The position numbers and the translations under genes were made by a program. DNA of 62,156 nucleotides, counting the filler, from an uncultured bacterium (GTDB lineage: Bacteria > DAOPZR01), in assembly GCA_964637655.1 (NCBI GenBank). It is 4 parts of 4 records of this genome, joined end to end, with 100 filler letters (N's around TTAATTAATTAA, not from the genome) between each part and the next. Parts side by side here need not be neighbours in the genome. Positions count along the whole stretch, not along the records: positions 15,818 to 31,424 come from CAZWUZ010000056.1; positions 31,525 to 46,999 come from CAZWUZ010000057.1; 2 more parts are not named here. One strand, 5' to 3'. Below, in pieces: positions 30,125 through 40,421 of this stretch (positions are counted from its first letter, which is position 1; the number at the start of each line of letters is the position of its first letter). Below the pieces are notes generated by a model that saw only the letters and a program-made list of their open reading frames with translations, was not told the DNA's origin and did not search any database.

Positions 30125-31210
30125 TCAGCGGCGCACCTGCCGCCACAGGCCCCACAGGCCGGCGCCGGAGAACACGAGGTTCGGGAGCCACATCGACTGC
30201 GGCGGCAGCGTGCCGGCGGTGCAGACGGGAGTCAGCCCGATGCTCATCAGGTAGTAGGCGAAGAGCAGCAGCAGGGAGAGCCCGAAGCCCATCGCCCGCC
30301 CGCTCTTTTTCGCCAGCATGCCGAGCGGCACCCCGGCGAGGGCAAAGGCGAGGCAGGCGAAGGGGAGCGCCAGCTTGCGGTGGTACTCGGTGGCGCATTC
30401 CCGCGCCAGCGCGTAATCCTCCGCGGCCAGCGCCTGCTGCCGGCGCTGGCGCAGTTCGCGGATGGCAATCTCGTTGATCCCCGCTTCGCGGGCCCCGAGC
30501 ATCGGCCCGGCGAGCGCGATGCGGAAGGTGAATTCCGCCGCCTTCGAAGCGTAGTAGGTGCTCCCGTCGACCGTGCGGTGCATCACCGCGTTGTAGAGTT
30601 TGAATACCATCGCCTCGTCACCCTCGCGGTACCAGATGCCGGTATCGGCATAAATCGACCGGCGTTCACTGGCCAGTTCCTCGAGCCGCACCCCGCCCAT
30701 GACCTGCCGCTCATTGTCCGCGCTGTCGACATAGAGCAGCGTACCACCCAGTTTGAGCTGCACGTGCGGCTGGATGGTGACATACCGGCCCCGCTGCAGG
30801 ACGCGGTACATCAGGTCCTTGAACTGCGCGTAGGCGGTGACGGCGACGCTGTCACTGAGCCACAGCGTGCCGAGCGAGAGCAGCAGGCCGAGCCCGATAA
30901 CCGGCACAGCGAGACGGGCGAGGTTGAAGCCGCAGGCACGCAGCACGAGGATCTCATTGTCCGCCGCGAGCCGCCCGAAAGCCATGAGCACCGCCATGAG
31001 CAGCGCCATGGGGATGGTCAGGGTCAGGGTGAAGGGGAAAAAGAGGAGCAGCAGTTCCACCGCCAGGTCGAGCGGCAGGTCCTTCTCCATGACCAGGTCG
31101 ACCAGTTTGAGCACCCGTTCGAGCATGACCAGCGACGAGAAGAGCACGAAGCCGAGCAGGAACGGGGGGATGATCTCGCGGATGATGTAGCGGCTGAGAA
31201 CGCGGAACAT
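30125..31210 (-). CDS. lptF: LptF/LptG-family LPS export permease
   Basis: RYIIREI, GRLAADNEILVLRACG, RKLALPFACL and WLPN. Confidence 0.85.
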   Translation of the reverse strand: MFRVLSRYIIREIIPPFLLGFVLFSSLVMLERVLKLVDLVMEKDLPLDLAVELLLLFFPFTLTLTIPMALLMAVLMAFGRLAADNEILVLRACGFNLARLAVPVIGLGLLLSLGTLWLSDSVAVTAYAQFKDLMYRVLQRGRYVTIQPHVQLKLGGTLLYVDSADNERQVMGGVRLEELASERRSIYADTGIWYREGDEAMVFKLYNAVMHRTVDGSTYYASKAAEFTFRIALAGPMLGAREAGINEIAIRELRQRRQQALAAEDYALARECATEYHRKLALPFACLAFALAGVPLGMLAKKSGRAMGFGLSLLLLFAYYLMSIGLTPVCTAGTLPPQSMWLPNLVFSGAGLWGLWRQVRR

Positions 31211-31304
31211 GCAGCGAGTGTAGCACACGCTGGCAGCGCTTGACAAGGCATCGCCGGAGTGCTACTATCGCGCTGCACACGGGGATTCCCGCAGGGGGAC
31301 GACG

Positions 31305-31424
31305 ATGCTGGTAAAACGTCTGGAAGACGCGTACGAGTTCAGCAGCATGACCAATGACGGGGCGTTCATGATTTCGCTGACGCTCAAGGATGACGGCAGC
31401 GAGACGCTGTATACCATGCCGCTC
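31305..31424 (+). CDS. Hypothetical protein, N-terminal fragment
   Basis: SD and ATG, with TTGACA-N17-TACTAT at 31240-31268. Cut by the contig end. Confidence 0.5.
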
Positions 31425-31524
31425 NNNNNNNNNNNNNNNNNNNNNNNNNNNNNNNNNNNNNNNNNNNNTTAATTAATTAANNNNNNNNNNNNNNNNNNNN
31501 NNNNNNNNNNNNNNNNNNNNNNNN
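31425..31524. other. Artificial contig linker
   Basis: N run containing TTAATTAATTAA. Confidence 0.95.
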
Positions 31525-31526
31525 GG

Positions 31527-32132
31527 CGCGGACTCCCCGAGGCGGTCTTCTGCGCGGACAAGACCGACACGCAGGCACAGCGCATCATCGCCGCGCTGCT
31601 GCAGCGCCAGCGGCGCGCCTTTGCCACGCGCGTCAGCCCGGAACTGGCGGCGCAGCTTGTCGCGCAGTACGGCCGGCGGGCCCGCCACAATGAACTTGCC
31701 CGCACGGTGCGCGTCGGCACCTTTCCCGCACCGCGCCAGGGGCGCATCGGCATCGTCACTGCCGGCACGGCAGACATTCCGGTGGCGGAGGAAGCGGCGG
31801 AAACCTGCCGCGCGCTCGGCTGCCGCGTCGAGTGCTGCTATGATGTCGGCGTAGCCGGACTGCACCGCGCGCTGGCCGCCATCCCGCGTCTGCGCCGCTG
31901 CCGCGTCGTCATCGTCGTGGCCGGCATGGACGGCGCGCTCCCGGCCGTCATCGCCGGCATGCTCCCCTGCCCCGTGGTGGCGGTACCGACCAGCATCGGC
32001 TACGGCGCTTCATTCCACGGACTGGCAGCACTGCTCAACATGCTCAACGCCTGCGCCGAGGGGATCGGCGTGGTCAATATCGATAACGGTTACGGCGCGG
32101 GCTGTCTCGCCGCGCTGATCAACCGCCGCTGA
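31527..32132 (+). CDS. larB: Nickel pincer cofactor biosynthesis protein LarB (5' truncated)
   Basis: GLPEAVF, TAGTADIPVAEEA, DVGVAGLHR, AGMDGAL, VPTSIGYG and VVNIDNGYGA. Confidence 0.92.
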   Translation, partial: RGLPEAVFCADKTDTQAQRIIAALLQRQRRAFATRVSPELAAQLVAQYGRRARHNELARTVRVGTFPAPRQGRIGIVTAGTADIPVAEEAAETCRALGCRVECCYDVGVAGLHRALAAIPRLRRCRVVIVVAGMDGALPAVIAGMLPCPVVAVPTSIGYGASFHGLAALLNMLNACAEGIGVVNIDNGYGAGCLAALINRR

Positions 32133-32134
32133 CC

Positions 32135-33292
32135 ATGCGCCTGCTCTGCGGCGATTTCGCGCTCGGCGCCAGCGGCGACATGCTGCTGGGCGCGCTGCTC
32201 GGGCTGGGCGCGCCGGTTGACGCGCTGGCCGCGCTCGGCCGCGACTGGCTGCAGGCGGAACTCCGGGTGCTGCCCCCCGGCGCGGAGCACCCGGCATGGC
32301 GCGTGCGCCTCGTCGACGACCGGCACGACCATCATCACCACGGGTTGCATCCGCACGAGATGCGCGAGCGGCTTGCGCAGGCACCGGTCAGCAACAGCGT
32401 ACGGGCAACCGCCCTGCGCCTGCTCGACCGTCTCGTCGCCGCGGAAGCGCAGGCGCATAACGTGCCGCCGGACAAGGTCCACTTCCACGAACTGGGCAAT
32501 CTCGACACGCTGCTCGACCTCGCCGGCGTGCCGCTACTACTCGAACAGCTGCGCCTTGATGCTCTGTACGGCAGCCCGCTCGAAGTTGGACGCGGCACGG
32601 TCTCGACCGCGCACGGCCTGCTCGCGGTGCCGGCACCCGCGACACGCCACCTGCTGGGACCGTATCCGGTAACCATGCGGCTCGACGGCGAGCGCTGCAC
32701 CCCGACGGGCGCCGTGCTGGTGACGGAACTGTTTGCCCCCGCGCCGCCACCGCCGGGCCGCCTGCTGGCCACCGGCAGCGGGCAGGGCGAACGCCCGTAC
32801 GACCCGGTCAGCCGCGTGACACTGCACCTGCTGGAAGCAGCAACGACGGAAACGCTCTGGCAGCTGGAAACCAATCTCGACGACTGCGACCCGCGCCTGG
32901 TGGCCGATACTGCCGACCGCCTGCGCAACGCCGGCGCGAAGGATGCCTGGCTGGTACCGCTGACGATGAAAAAGGGGCGGGCGGGGCAGCAGCTGACCGT
33001 ACTGACGGACGGCGCGCACCGCGCCACGTGCGAGGACCTCGTGCTGCGCGCGCTCCCCGCCTTCGGCATCCGGGCTTTTCCCGTCGAGCGCCGCCTGGCC
33101 GACAGCCGCGTACAGGAAGCCGTCACCCCCTACGGGCAGGTGCGGGTACGCGTCAGTCGCGACCCGGACGGGAGTATCATCCACGCCACTCCGGAATACG
33201 CGGACTGCCGCACCCGGGCCGATGCACACGGCGTGACCACGGCGACCGTCGACGCTGCAGCCCGTGCCACCGTCGCTGCCGGCAGCCGGTGA
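32135..33292 (+). CDS. larC: Nickel insertion protein LarC
   Basis: GASGDMLLGAL, His-rich patch, VHFHELG, TPTGA, LETNLDD, MKKGR and PEYADC. Confidence 0.9.
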   Translation: MRLLCGDFALGASGDMLLGALLGLGAPVDALAALGRDWLQAELRVLPPGAEHPAWRVRLVDDRHDHHHHGLHPHEMRERLAQAPVSNSVRATALRLLDRLVAAEAQAHNVPPDKVHFHELGNLDTLLDLAGVPLLLEQLRLDALYGSPLEVGRGTVSTAHGLLAVPAPATRHLLGPYPVTMRLDGERCTPTGAVLVTELFAPAPPPPGRLLATGSGQGERPYDPVSRVTLHLLEAATTETLWQLETNLDDCDPRLVADTADRLRNAGAKDAWLVPLTMKKGRAGQQLTVLTDGAHRATCEDLVLRALPAFGIRAFPVERRLADSRVQEAVTPYGQVRVRVSRDPDGSIIHATPEYADCRTRADAHGVTTATVDAAARATVAAGSR

Positions 33293-33386
33293 ACCCCGTC
33301 CGCGTCGTGCAACGGACCCACCGCGGCCGATGAAACCCGTCCGCGTCGTGCAACGGACCCACCGCGGCCGATGAAACCCGTCCGCG
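33289..33386 (+). repeat. 41-bp tandem repeat (~2.4 copies) bridging the larC stop and polA start
   Basis: Unit ATGAAACCCGTCCGCGTCGTGCAACGGACCCACCGCGGCCG starts at 33289, 33330 and 33371 (partial). Confidence 0.9.
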
Positions 33387-35899
33387 GAGGATTCTGGATC
33401 CTTGACGGGCATGCGCTGCTGTACCGCGCCTTTCACGCCATTCAGGAGCTGAGCACCGCCGGCGGCGTCCCGACCAATGCGTTGTTCGGTTTCGTCCGCA
33501 TTCTCACCCGCATCCGTGACGAGTATCAGCCCGAGGCCTGGACAGTGGCGATGGACAGCCACGCCCCGACCTTCCGCCATGCGGAGAGCGCCGACTACAA
33601 GGCCACGCGCAAACCGATGCCCGACACGCTGCGCCCGCAGGTAAGCATGCTGCGCGACTTTCTCGCCGCGGCGCGCATCCCCTGCCTGCTGCAGGACGGC
33701 TACGAGGCGGACGACCTGATTGCCACCGTCGTGGCGAAGTTCCGCGGCACGCTGCCGCTGGTCATCGTCAGCAGCGACAAGGACCTGCACCAGCTGGTCG
33801 GCGACGACGGGGTGAGCATCTTCGCCTTCAAGACGGGGATCAGCGAGGCGGAGTGGCGCGACCCGGCGGCGGTCACGGCAAAATTCGGCGTCCCCCCCGC
33901 GCAGGTGCGCGACCTGCTGGCGCTGACCGGTGACGGCAGCGACAACGTCAAGGGGGTGCCGGGCATCGGCCCGAAGACCGCGAGCGCGCTGCTGCAGCAG
34001 TTCGGCGACATCGACACGCTCTATACGCGGCTGGAGGAAGCGGGCACCCCGGCACGGGTCAAGGCGTTGCGTGAAGCGCGCGACGTGGTGCAGCAGGCGG
34101 TGCGGCTGGTCACGCTGCGCACCGACGCGACCGTGCCGGCCGCACTGGCTGACTACGCGCGGCAGCAGCCGGACACCGCCCGCCTGCGCGAGTTTCTCGC
34201 CACCTATGAACTGGTGACGCTCAGCGGCAAATGGCTCGAGGGAGAGGTCACTGCCACCACCGCCGCACCACCGGCAGCGGTGATGCCCGCAGGCGAATTG
34301 TCGCTCACGCATCTGCCGGCACTCCTCTACCTGCACGCGACCGCGGACGGGTGGCACCTGAGCGACGGGCACGGCACGGCGCTGCTCGCTGATGCCCCCG
34401 CCCGGAGCGACTGGCAGCGCTGGTGGGCGCAGCCGGGGCATACGCTGGTTGGTGACGGGCTCAAGGATATCTGGCAGGCCTGCTACCATCTCGGGCGCGG
34501 CCCGGCCCTCTATGACGTGCGGCTCGCCGCCTACGTGCGCGACCCGGACGACGGCACCCGCCCGCTCGCCACACTCGCCGCGCACGTGCTCGGGCATCCC
34601 GTGGCGGAACCGGAAACACCGGCCGCCACACTCGCCCTGCTGGCGGAGCTGCACACGGCGCTCAGGGCAGCCGACCTGCCGGCCGCGGTGCTGGAACTGG
34701 AGACCGCGCTGATTCCCGTGCTGGGCGCGATGGAACTGGCCGGCGTGCGGGTGGACCGCGTCTGTCTGGAACAGCTGCGCGACCGCTACCGCGCGGAACT
34801 TGACAGCATCGCCGCGACCATTGCCGGACTCGCCGGCAGCACCATCAACCTCAATTCACCGAAGCAGCTGGCCACGCTGCTGTTTGAAACGCTCGGCCTG
34901 AAAGCGGGAAAAAAGACGGGAAAGAAAACCGCCTACAGCACGGACAATTCCGTGCTGGAAGCCCTGTACGACGCGCATCCGGTCATCCCGCTCATCATCC
35001 GCCATCGCCATCTCGCCAAGCTGCTGGCCACCTACGTCGAGGGACTGCTCACCGCGGCGGACAGCGGGGGGATCATCGCCACGACGTTCAACCAGACCGC
35101 AACCGCCACGGGACGGCTGTCGAGCAGTGAGCCGAACCTGCAGAATCTCCCCATCCGCGCGGAGGAGGACCTCGACATCCGCGCCGCGTTTCTGCCCGAC
35201 GAACCCGACCGCGTGCTGCTCTGCGCCGACTACTCGCAGATCGAACTGCGCGTGCTCGCGCACCTGGCGCAGGAGGAAGCGCTCATCGCCGCGTTCCGGG
35301 CGGGTGAGGACATTCATACCGCCACGGCCGCGGCGGTGCACGGTGTACCCGCCGGGCAGGTGACGCGCGAACAGCGGCGGCAGGCGAAGGTGATCAACTT
35401 CGGGCTGCTCTACGGCATGACCGAGTTCCGCCTCGCGCGCGACCTCGGACTGCCGCGCGCGGAGGCGAAGGCATTCATCGCCGCCTACTTCGCGCGCTAC
35501 CCGCAGCTGCGCGCATGGCTGGATGCCACCATCGCGCAGGTGCGCGCGCAGGGGCGGGTGGAGACGCTGCTCGGGCGGCGCCGCTACTTCCGCGGCCTGG
35601 AGAGCGGCACGCGGCTGGCACAGCAGGCGCAGGAGCGGGCCGCGGTCAATATGCCGGTACAGGGGACTGCCGCCGACATCATCAAGCTGGCGATGCGCGC
35701 GGTGCAGCCGCTGCAGGCGGCGCACGGCGCCATCCTCGTCCTGCAGATCCACGACGAACTGGTCTTCACCGTCGGGCGCGACGAAGCGCCCGCGTTTGCC
35801 ACCGCGCTCAAGCCGGTGATGGAACAGGTGCTGCCGCTGGCGGTGCCGCTGGTGGTCGACCTCCGCCGCGGCAGCAATCTCCGTGACCTCGCCCACTGA
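33371..35899 (+). CDS. polA: DNA polymerase I
   Basis: LDGHALLYRAF, YEADD, GIGPKTA, TGRLSSSEPNLQN, DYSQIELR, INFGLLYG and QIHDE. The 3'-5' exo region is short and degenerate. Confidence 0.95.
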   Translation: MKPVRGGFWILDGHALLYRAFHAIQELSTAGGVPTNALFGFVRILTRIRDEYQPEAWTVAMDSHAPTFRHAESADYKATRKPMPDTLRPQVSMLRDFLAAARIPCLLQDGYEADDLIATVVAKFRGTLPLVIVSSDKDLHQLVGDDGVSIFAFKTGISEAEWRDPAAVTAKFGVPPAQVRDLLALTGDGSDNVKGVPGIGPKTASALLQQFGDIDTLYTRLEEAGTPARVKALREARDVVQQAVRLVTLRTDATVPAALADYARQQPDTARLREFLATYELVTLSGKWLEGEVTATTAAPPAAVMPAGELSLTHLPALLYLHATADGWHLSDGHGTALLADAPARSDWQRWWAQPGHTLVGDGLKDIWQACYHLGRGPALYDVRLAAYVRDPDDGTRPLATLAAHVLGHPVAEPETPAATLALLAELHTALRAADLPAAVLELETALIPVLGAMELAGVRVDRVCLEQLRDRYRAELDSIAATIAGLAGSTINLNSPKQLATLLFETLGLKAGKKTGKKTAYSTDNSVLEALYDAHPVIPLIIRHRHLAKLLATYVEGLLTAADSGGIIATTFNQTATATGRLSSSEPNLQNLPIRAEEDLDIRAAFLPDEPDRVLLCADYSQIELRVLAHLAQEEALIAAFRAGEDIHTATAAAVHGVPAGQVTREQRRQAKVINFGLLYGMTEFRLARDLGLPRAEAKAFIAAYFARYPQLRAWLDATIAQVRAQGRVETLLGRRRYFRGLESGTRLAQQAQERAAVNMPVQGTAADIIKLAMRAVQPLQAAHGAILVLQIHDELVFTVGRDEAPAFATALKPVMEQVLPLAVPLVVDLRRGSNLRDLAH

Positions 35900-36470
35900 A
35901 CCGCGGCCGCGCGCCATCGGCCTGACCGGCACCGTCGGCAGCGGCAAGAGCACCGTGGCGCGGCTGCTCACCGCCCCGCACGTCACCGTCATCCTGGCGG
36001 ACGAGGTCGCGCGCGAACTGGCGCAGCCGGGGGCGCCGCTGCACGACGCGCTGCGCCGCATCTTTCCGGACACCAGCAACCGGGCCGCCATCGCGCACCG
36101 CCTCTTCACCGACCCGGCCGCGCGGACGCGCCTGCAGGCGGCCACCGACCCGGTGCTGGCCGCGGCCCTGCGCGCCCGGCTGGCGGCAGTCACCACCCCC
36201 TATGCCGTCATCGAAGCGGCCAACCTCTTCACGCTGATCCCTGAGGCGATAGACGAGTGGGTCGAAGTGACTGCACCCGTTGCTGCCTGCCGCGCCCGCG
36301 CGCTGGCCGCGCACCGCTGGCCACCCGCCACCGTCGACGCCTGCCTCGACTGGCAGCAGACGCTGCCGCAGCCGTCAAGGCGCCACCGTCTGGTCAACGA
36401 CGGCGATGCCGACGCCCTGACGCGTGCTGTCGCCGCCCTCGCCGTTCGGCTCTGCTCGCCATTGCCCTGA
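35883..36470 (+). CDS. coaE: Dephospho-CoA kinase
   Basis: IGLTGTVGSGKSTVA. Directly follows polA. Confidence 0.85.
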   Translation: MTSPTEPRPRAIGLTGTVGSGKSTVARLLTAPHVTVILADEVARELAQPGAPLHDALRRIFPDTSNRAAIAHRLFTDPAARTRLQAATDPVLAAALRARLAAVTTPYAVIEAANLFTLIPEAIDEWVEVTAPVAACRARALAAHRWPPATVDACLDWQQTLPQPSRRHRLVNDGDADALTRAVAALAVRLCSPLP

Positions 36471-36515
36471 CCGCGAATTTCTGTTATGCTTTGGTGTTGC
36501 ACGGAGGTGGCAGCC

Positions 36516-37385
36516 ATGAGTTCGTCGCCCGCACAACTGCACGCGCTGGTCAACCGCATCGACAAGCTGCCGACGCTGCCGATGGTTGTCTCGCAGCTGC
36601 TGGCGCTGGTGGAGAGCCCCGAAACCTCTGCCGTCGACGTCAACCGCGTGATTTCCACCGACCAGGCGCTGACCGGCAAGGTGCTGAAACTGGTCAATTC
36701 CCCCTTCTACGGCTTTTCCCGGCAGATTTCGACCGTCACGCAGGCAGTGGTCATTCTCGGGTTCAAGACCATCAAGTCGCTGGCGCTGTCGGCAACGGTG
36801 TTCGAGATTTTCGGCGGGCGGGGGAGCCAGGCCTTCAACCGCACCGCCTTCTGGGAACACTCGATCGGCACGGGGGTGGCGGCGCAGATCGTCGCCAAGA
36901 AGATGCGCTACCCGCTGGCTGAGGAAGCGTTCATCGCCGGCATCATCCATGACCTCGGCAAGGTGGTGCTCGACCAGTACCTGGCGGAGGATTTCGCGCG
37001 CGTGCTCGAACACCGCGACACGCACAACGTGGCGCTGCGTGCAGCGGAGCGGGCGGTGCTGGGGCTTGACCACAGCGCCATCGGCGGCTGGCTGGCGGAA
37101 CGCTGGCACCTGCCGCTGCCGCTGCAGCACGCCATCGAACACCACCATGACATCACCCGCGGCAGCGCCGAGGAGTCGCTCCCCGCCATCGTCCACCTCG
37201 CGGACATCCTCGCGCGCACGCACCGCGTCGGCAGCGGCGGTGACGACACCGTGCCCGAACTGCAGGAGGCGGCGTGGGACCGCCTGCAGCTCGACCGCAC
37301 CGACCTCGAAGCCATCCTGCGCGACCTGGCGCGCGACATGCACACCGTGCAGGAATTCATCCAGATGACCCAGGCGTCGCGCTGA
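36516..37385 (+). CDS. HDOD-domain protein
   Basis: LPTLP, DQALTGKVLKLVNS, FWEHS, IHDLGK and WHLP. Confidence 0.9.
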   Translation: MSSSPAQLHALVNRIDKLPTLPMVVSQLLALVESPETSAVDVNRVISTDQALTGKVLKLVNSPFYGFSRQISTVTQAVVILGFKTIKSLALSATVFEIFGGRGSQAFNRTAFWEHSIGTGVAAQIVAKKMRYPLAEEAFIAGIIHDLGKVVLDQYLAEDFARVLEHRDTHNVALRAAERAVLGLDHSAIGGWLAERWHLPLPLQHAIEHHHDITRGSAEESLPAIVHLADILARTHRVGSGGDDTVPELQEAAWDRLQLDRTDLEAILRDLARDMHTVQEFIQMTQASR

Positions 37386-37455
37386 CCGCCACGACGCGGA
37401 TATGCTATACTGACCAGCATCATCGCCGGCCGGGTGCCGGCGGCAAGGACGAACT

Positions 37456-38742
37456 ATGCGCACCATCACCGTCGGCCTGATCGGCCTCGGCACCGTCGGC
37501 ACCGGTGTCGTCAAACTGCTGCGCCAGCAGCAGGAAGCGCTCGCGGCGCGACTCGGGTTCCGCGTCGAACTGGCGCGGGTCTGCGACCGTGACGCGGCAC
37601 GGGCGGCCGCACTCGGCCTGCCGGCCGACCTGTGCACCACTGACGCGGCGGCGCTGCTCGCCACCCCGCTCGACGTCATCATCGAGCTGATCGGCGGCAT
37701 CGAACCGGCCCGCACCTTCATCCTTACCGCGCTGCGCGCCGGGCGTCACGTCATCACCGCCAACAAGGCGCTGCTCGCCGAACACGGCCCGGAGCTGTTT
37801 GCCACGGCCCAGGAGATGGGCGTGTCGCTGCGCTGCGACGCGAGCGTGGCGGGCGGCATCCCCATCCTCAACGTCCTCGACAACTGCCTGACCGCCAACC
37901 ATATCCCGTCGCTGTACGGCATCATCAACGGGACCACCAATTTTATCCTCACGCGCATGGCGGAAAGCGGCCTGACGCTCGACGCGGCACTGGCGGAGGC
38001 GCAGCAGCTCGGCTTCGCCGAGGCGGACCCGACACTCGACCTGCGCGGCCACGACGCCGCGCACAAGCTGACCGTGCTGGCGATGCTGATGTACGGCCAG
38101 CAGGTGGACTTCGCCGCGGTCTACTGCGAGGGGATCGAAGCGGTCACCCCGACCGACCTGCGGCACGCCGCGAATCTCGGCTACGTGCTCAAGCTGCTGG
38201 CCGTGGCCAAGTGCGGCGGCAACGGCAGCGGCCCGCTCGAGCTGCGCGTGCACCCGACCCTGGTGCCGGCCACGTCGCCGCTGGCGAGCGTGCGGCGCGA
38301 ATACAACGCGATTTTCCTCGCCGGGGACGCGGTCGGCAACCAGATGTTCTACGGGCGCGGGGCAGGGGAACTGCCGACGGCCAGCGCCGTGGTCGGCGAC
38401 CTGCTCCTCGTCGGGCGCGAGCTGGCCCCGGCGCGCATCTTCTACCGCACGCAACCGCTGCCGCTGGCGCCGATGGCCGACACCCGCTGCGAGTACTACC
38501 TGCGCTTCTCGACGGTCGACCGGCCCGGCGTGCTCGGGCGCCTCTGCACGCTGCTCGGCGAACATGGCATCAGCATCCTCTCCTGCCTGCAGCAGGAGCA
38601 GCAGGAAGCGACGGATTATGTGCACATCGTCATCAGCACGCACACCGCGCGTGAGGGTGACGTGCGCGCCGCACTCGCCGCCATCGACCGGCTTGACCTT
38701 ATCCGCCAGCCGTCGCGTTTCATCCGCATCGAGCGCGTGTAG
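37456..38742 (+). CDS. hom: Homoserine dehydrogenase with ACT domain
   Basis: GLGTVGTG, TANKA, VAGGIP, INGTTN, FAEADPT and GAGELPTASAV. Confidence 0.95.
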   Translation: MRTITVGLIGLGTVGTGVVKLLRQQQEALAARLGFRVELARVCDRDAARAAALGLPADLCTTDAAALLATPLDVIIELIGGIEPARTFILTALRAGRHVITANKALLAEHGPELFATAQEMGVSLRCDASVAGGIPILNVLDNCLTANHIPSLYGIINGTTNFILTRMAESGLTLDAALAEAQQLGFAEADPTLDLRGHDAAHKLTVLAMLMYGQQVDFAAVYCEGIEAVTPTDLRHAANLGYVLKLLAVAKCGGNGSGPLELRVHPTLVPATSPLASVRREYNAIFLAGDAVGNQMFYGRGAGELPTASAVVGDLLLVGRELAPARIFYRTQPLPLAPMADTRCEYYLRFSTVDRPGVLGRLCTLLGEHGISILSCLQQEQQEATDYVHIVISTHTAREGDVRAALAAIDRLDLIRQPSRFIRIERV

Positions 38743-38743
38743 C

Positions 38744-39232
38744 ATGTCCGGACGTCAGCGCAACTACACCGTTATCGCCGCGCTCTGCCTGCTGCTGGCC
38801 GGAACGCAGTGGTGGACACTCGACCGGTTCGAGGATGCGGACGCCCGCGCCGCCCAGGCCTACGCCTTCGCCCGCTGCAACTGGGACACCCATGACTGGC
38901 CGGCAGCAGCGTCGGGTTTGCGCAGCGTCATCAGCGATTTTCCCGAGAGCCAGTGGTCCGTCGTCGCCTCAGCCGACCTCGTCGCGGCACTGATGAACCA
39001 GGGGAATGACACGGATGCCCTGCACGCTGCCGAGGATCTCGCCGACCGCTACCGCGGCACCGACGGCGAGTCGCAGCTCTGGTACCTGCAGGGACGCTGC
39101 CTGCAGCGCCTCGGGCGCCTGCAGGACGCGCGCGCTCCGCTCACCTGGTGTGTCGAACAGTTTCCTGATGACCGTGCCGCTGGCGACGCACGCGCCGTGC
39201 TGGCCGTGCTGCCGCCGGAACCGGCGGCATGA
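38744..39232 (+). CDS. Membrane-anchored TPR protein (CpoB/BamD-like repeats)
   Basis: N-terminal TM and TPR-like helices with xxFP/YR motifs. Confidence 0.65.
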   Translation: MSGRQRNYTVIAALCLLLAGTQWWTLDRFEDADARAAQAYAFARCNWDTHDWPAAASGLRSVISDFPESQWSVVASADLVAALMNQGNDTDALHAAEDLADRYRGTDGESQLWYLQGRCLQRLGRLQDARAPLTWCVEQFPDDRAAGDARAVLAVLPPEPAA

Positions 39233-40383
39233 CCATGACCCGCGCTGACGTCATCGTCGCGGGGGGCGGTCCGGCCGGGAGCATTGCCGCGCGCGACCTG
39301 GCCCGCGGCGGGGCGCGGGTCATTCTGCTTGATAAGGCGCGTCATCCGCGGGTCAAGATCTGTGCCGGGGGGATCCCCCCGCACCTGCTGGCCATCACCG
39401 GCCCGCTCCCCCCCGGACTGGGCGAATGCACCGCCGACACCACCGTCTTCACCTACCGTTTCGGTGATCCGGTAACCGTGCACAGCGACGGACCGGGCAT
39501 CATCATGGTCATGCGCAGCGCGTTCGACCACTGGCTGCTGGAGCAGGCACGGGCCGCCGGCGTGGACGTGCGCGAGGAGGGTGAACTCACCGGCGTCACG
39601 GAAATGCCGGACGGGGTTGCCGTCACGCTCGCCGACGGCAGCACCGGCCGGGCGGCGCACCTGATCGGCGCCGACGGCGCCCACAGCCGCGTCGCGCGGG
39701 CGCTCGGGCTCACCCCGCACCGCTTTCTCGGCGTCGCCGTCAATGCCGAGGTGCGCGTGCGCGCGGAGGACCGGGCGGCGCAGGGGACGGCGGCGTCCAT
39801 GGATGTCGGCTGCATTCCCGAGGGGTACGGCTGGATTTTCCCGAAACGCGACCATCTCTCCTGCGGCATCGGTTCCGCCCGCTGCCGCCTGCCGGGCGCC
39901 CGCGACCTGCTGCAGCGGTTTCTCGACAGCATGCCGGCCACCAGGGCGCGGACCGGTGCGGACATCCGCGGCTGGCCGCTCCCCTACTGCATGGAACGCG
40001 ACCCGCTGACCGCGCGCCGCACGCTGCTCTGCGGCGATGCGGCCTGCCTCGTCGACCCGCTGTCCGGGGAGGGAATCTACTTCGCGGCCCGCTCCGGGCA
40101 GGCGGCGGCAGCGACGCTGCTGGCCGGTGACCCGCTGCCGCGCTACGGCGCGCTGATCGACGCGGAAATCCGCGACGATCTCGCCTATGCGCGGCGACTC
40201 GCCGACATTTTTTTCGCCCATCCCTATATCGCGTATAAACTGGGGGTGAAAAACCGCACGGTGGTCGGATACTTCGAGGAACTGCTGCGCGGAGAGCGCA
40301 CCTACCGTTCGGTGTTCAGTGAACTGAAGCGGGAGTTTTCCGCCCCGTTCCGTGCCCTGCTGCCGAAGTTCGGGGGCAAATAG
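39229..40383 (+). CDS. Geranylgeranyl reductase-family flavoprotein
   Basis: GGGPAG, PRVKICAGG, GADG, GYGWIFPK and GDAACLVDPLSGEGI. Confidence 0.88.
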   Translation: MTMTRADVIVAGGGPAGSIAARDLARGGARVILLDKARHPRVKICAGGIPPHLLAITGPLPPGLGECTADTTVFTYRFGDPVTVHSDGPGIIMVMRSAFDHWLLEQARAAGVDVREEGELTGVTEMPDGVAVTLADGSTGRAAHLIGADGAHSRVARALGLTPHRFLGVAVNAEVRVRAEDRAAQGTAASMDVGCIPEGYGWIFPKRDHLSCGIGSARCRLPGARDLLQRFLDSMPATRARTGADIRGWPLPYCMERDPLTARRTLLCGDAACLVDPLSGEGIYFAARSGQAAAATLLAGDPLPRYGALIDAEIRDDLAYARRLADIFFAHPYIAYKLGVKNRTVVGYFEELLRGERTYRSVFSELKREFSAPFRALLPKFGGK

Positions 40384-40409
40384 CCCCGTCCGCCGGACAG
40401 CGGACGGGG
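40384..40409. terminator. Bidirectional terminator hairpin
   Basis: 10-bp stem CCCCGTCCGC/GCGGACGGGG between convergent genes. Confidence 0.6.
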
Positions 40410-40421
40410 AATGCGTATCGG

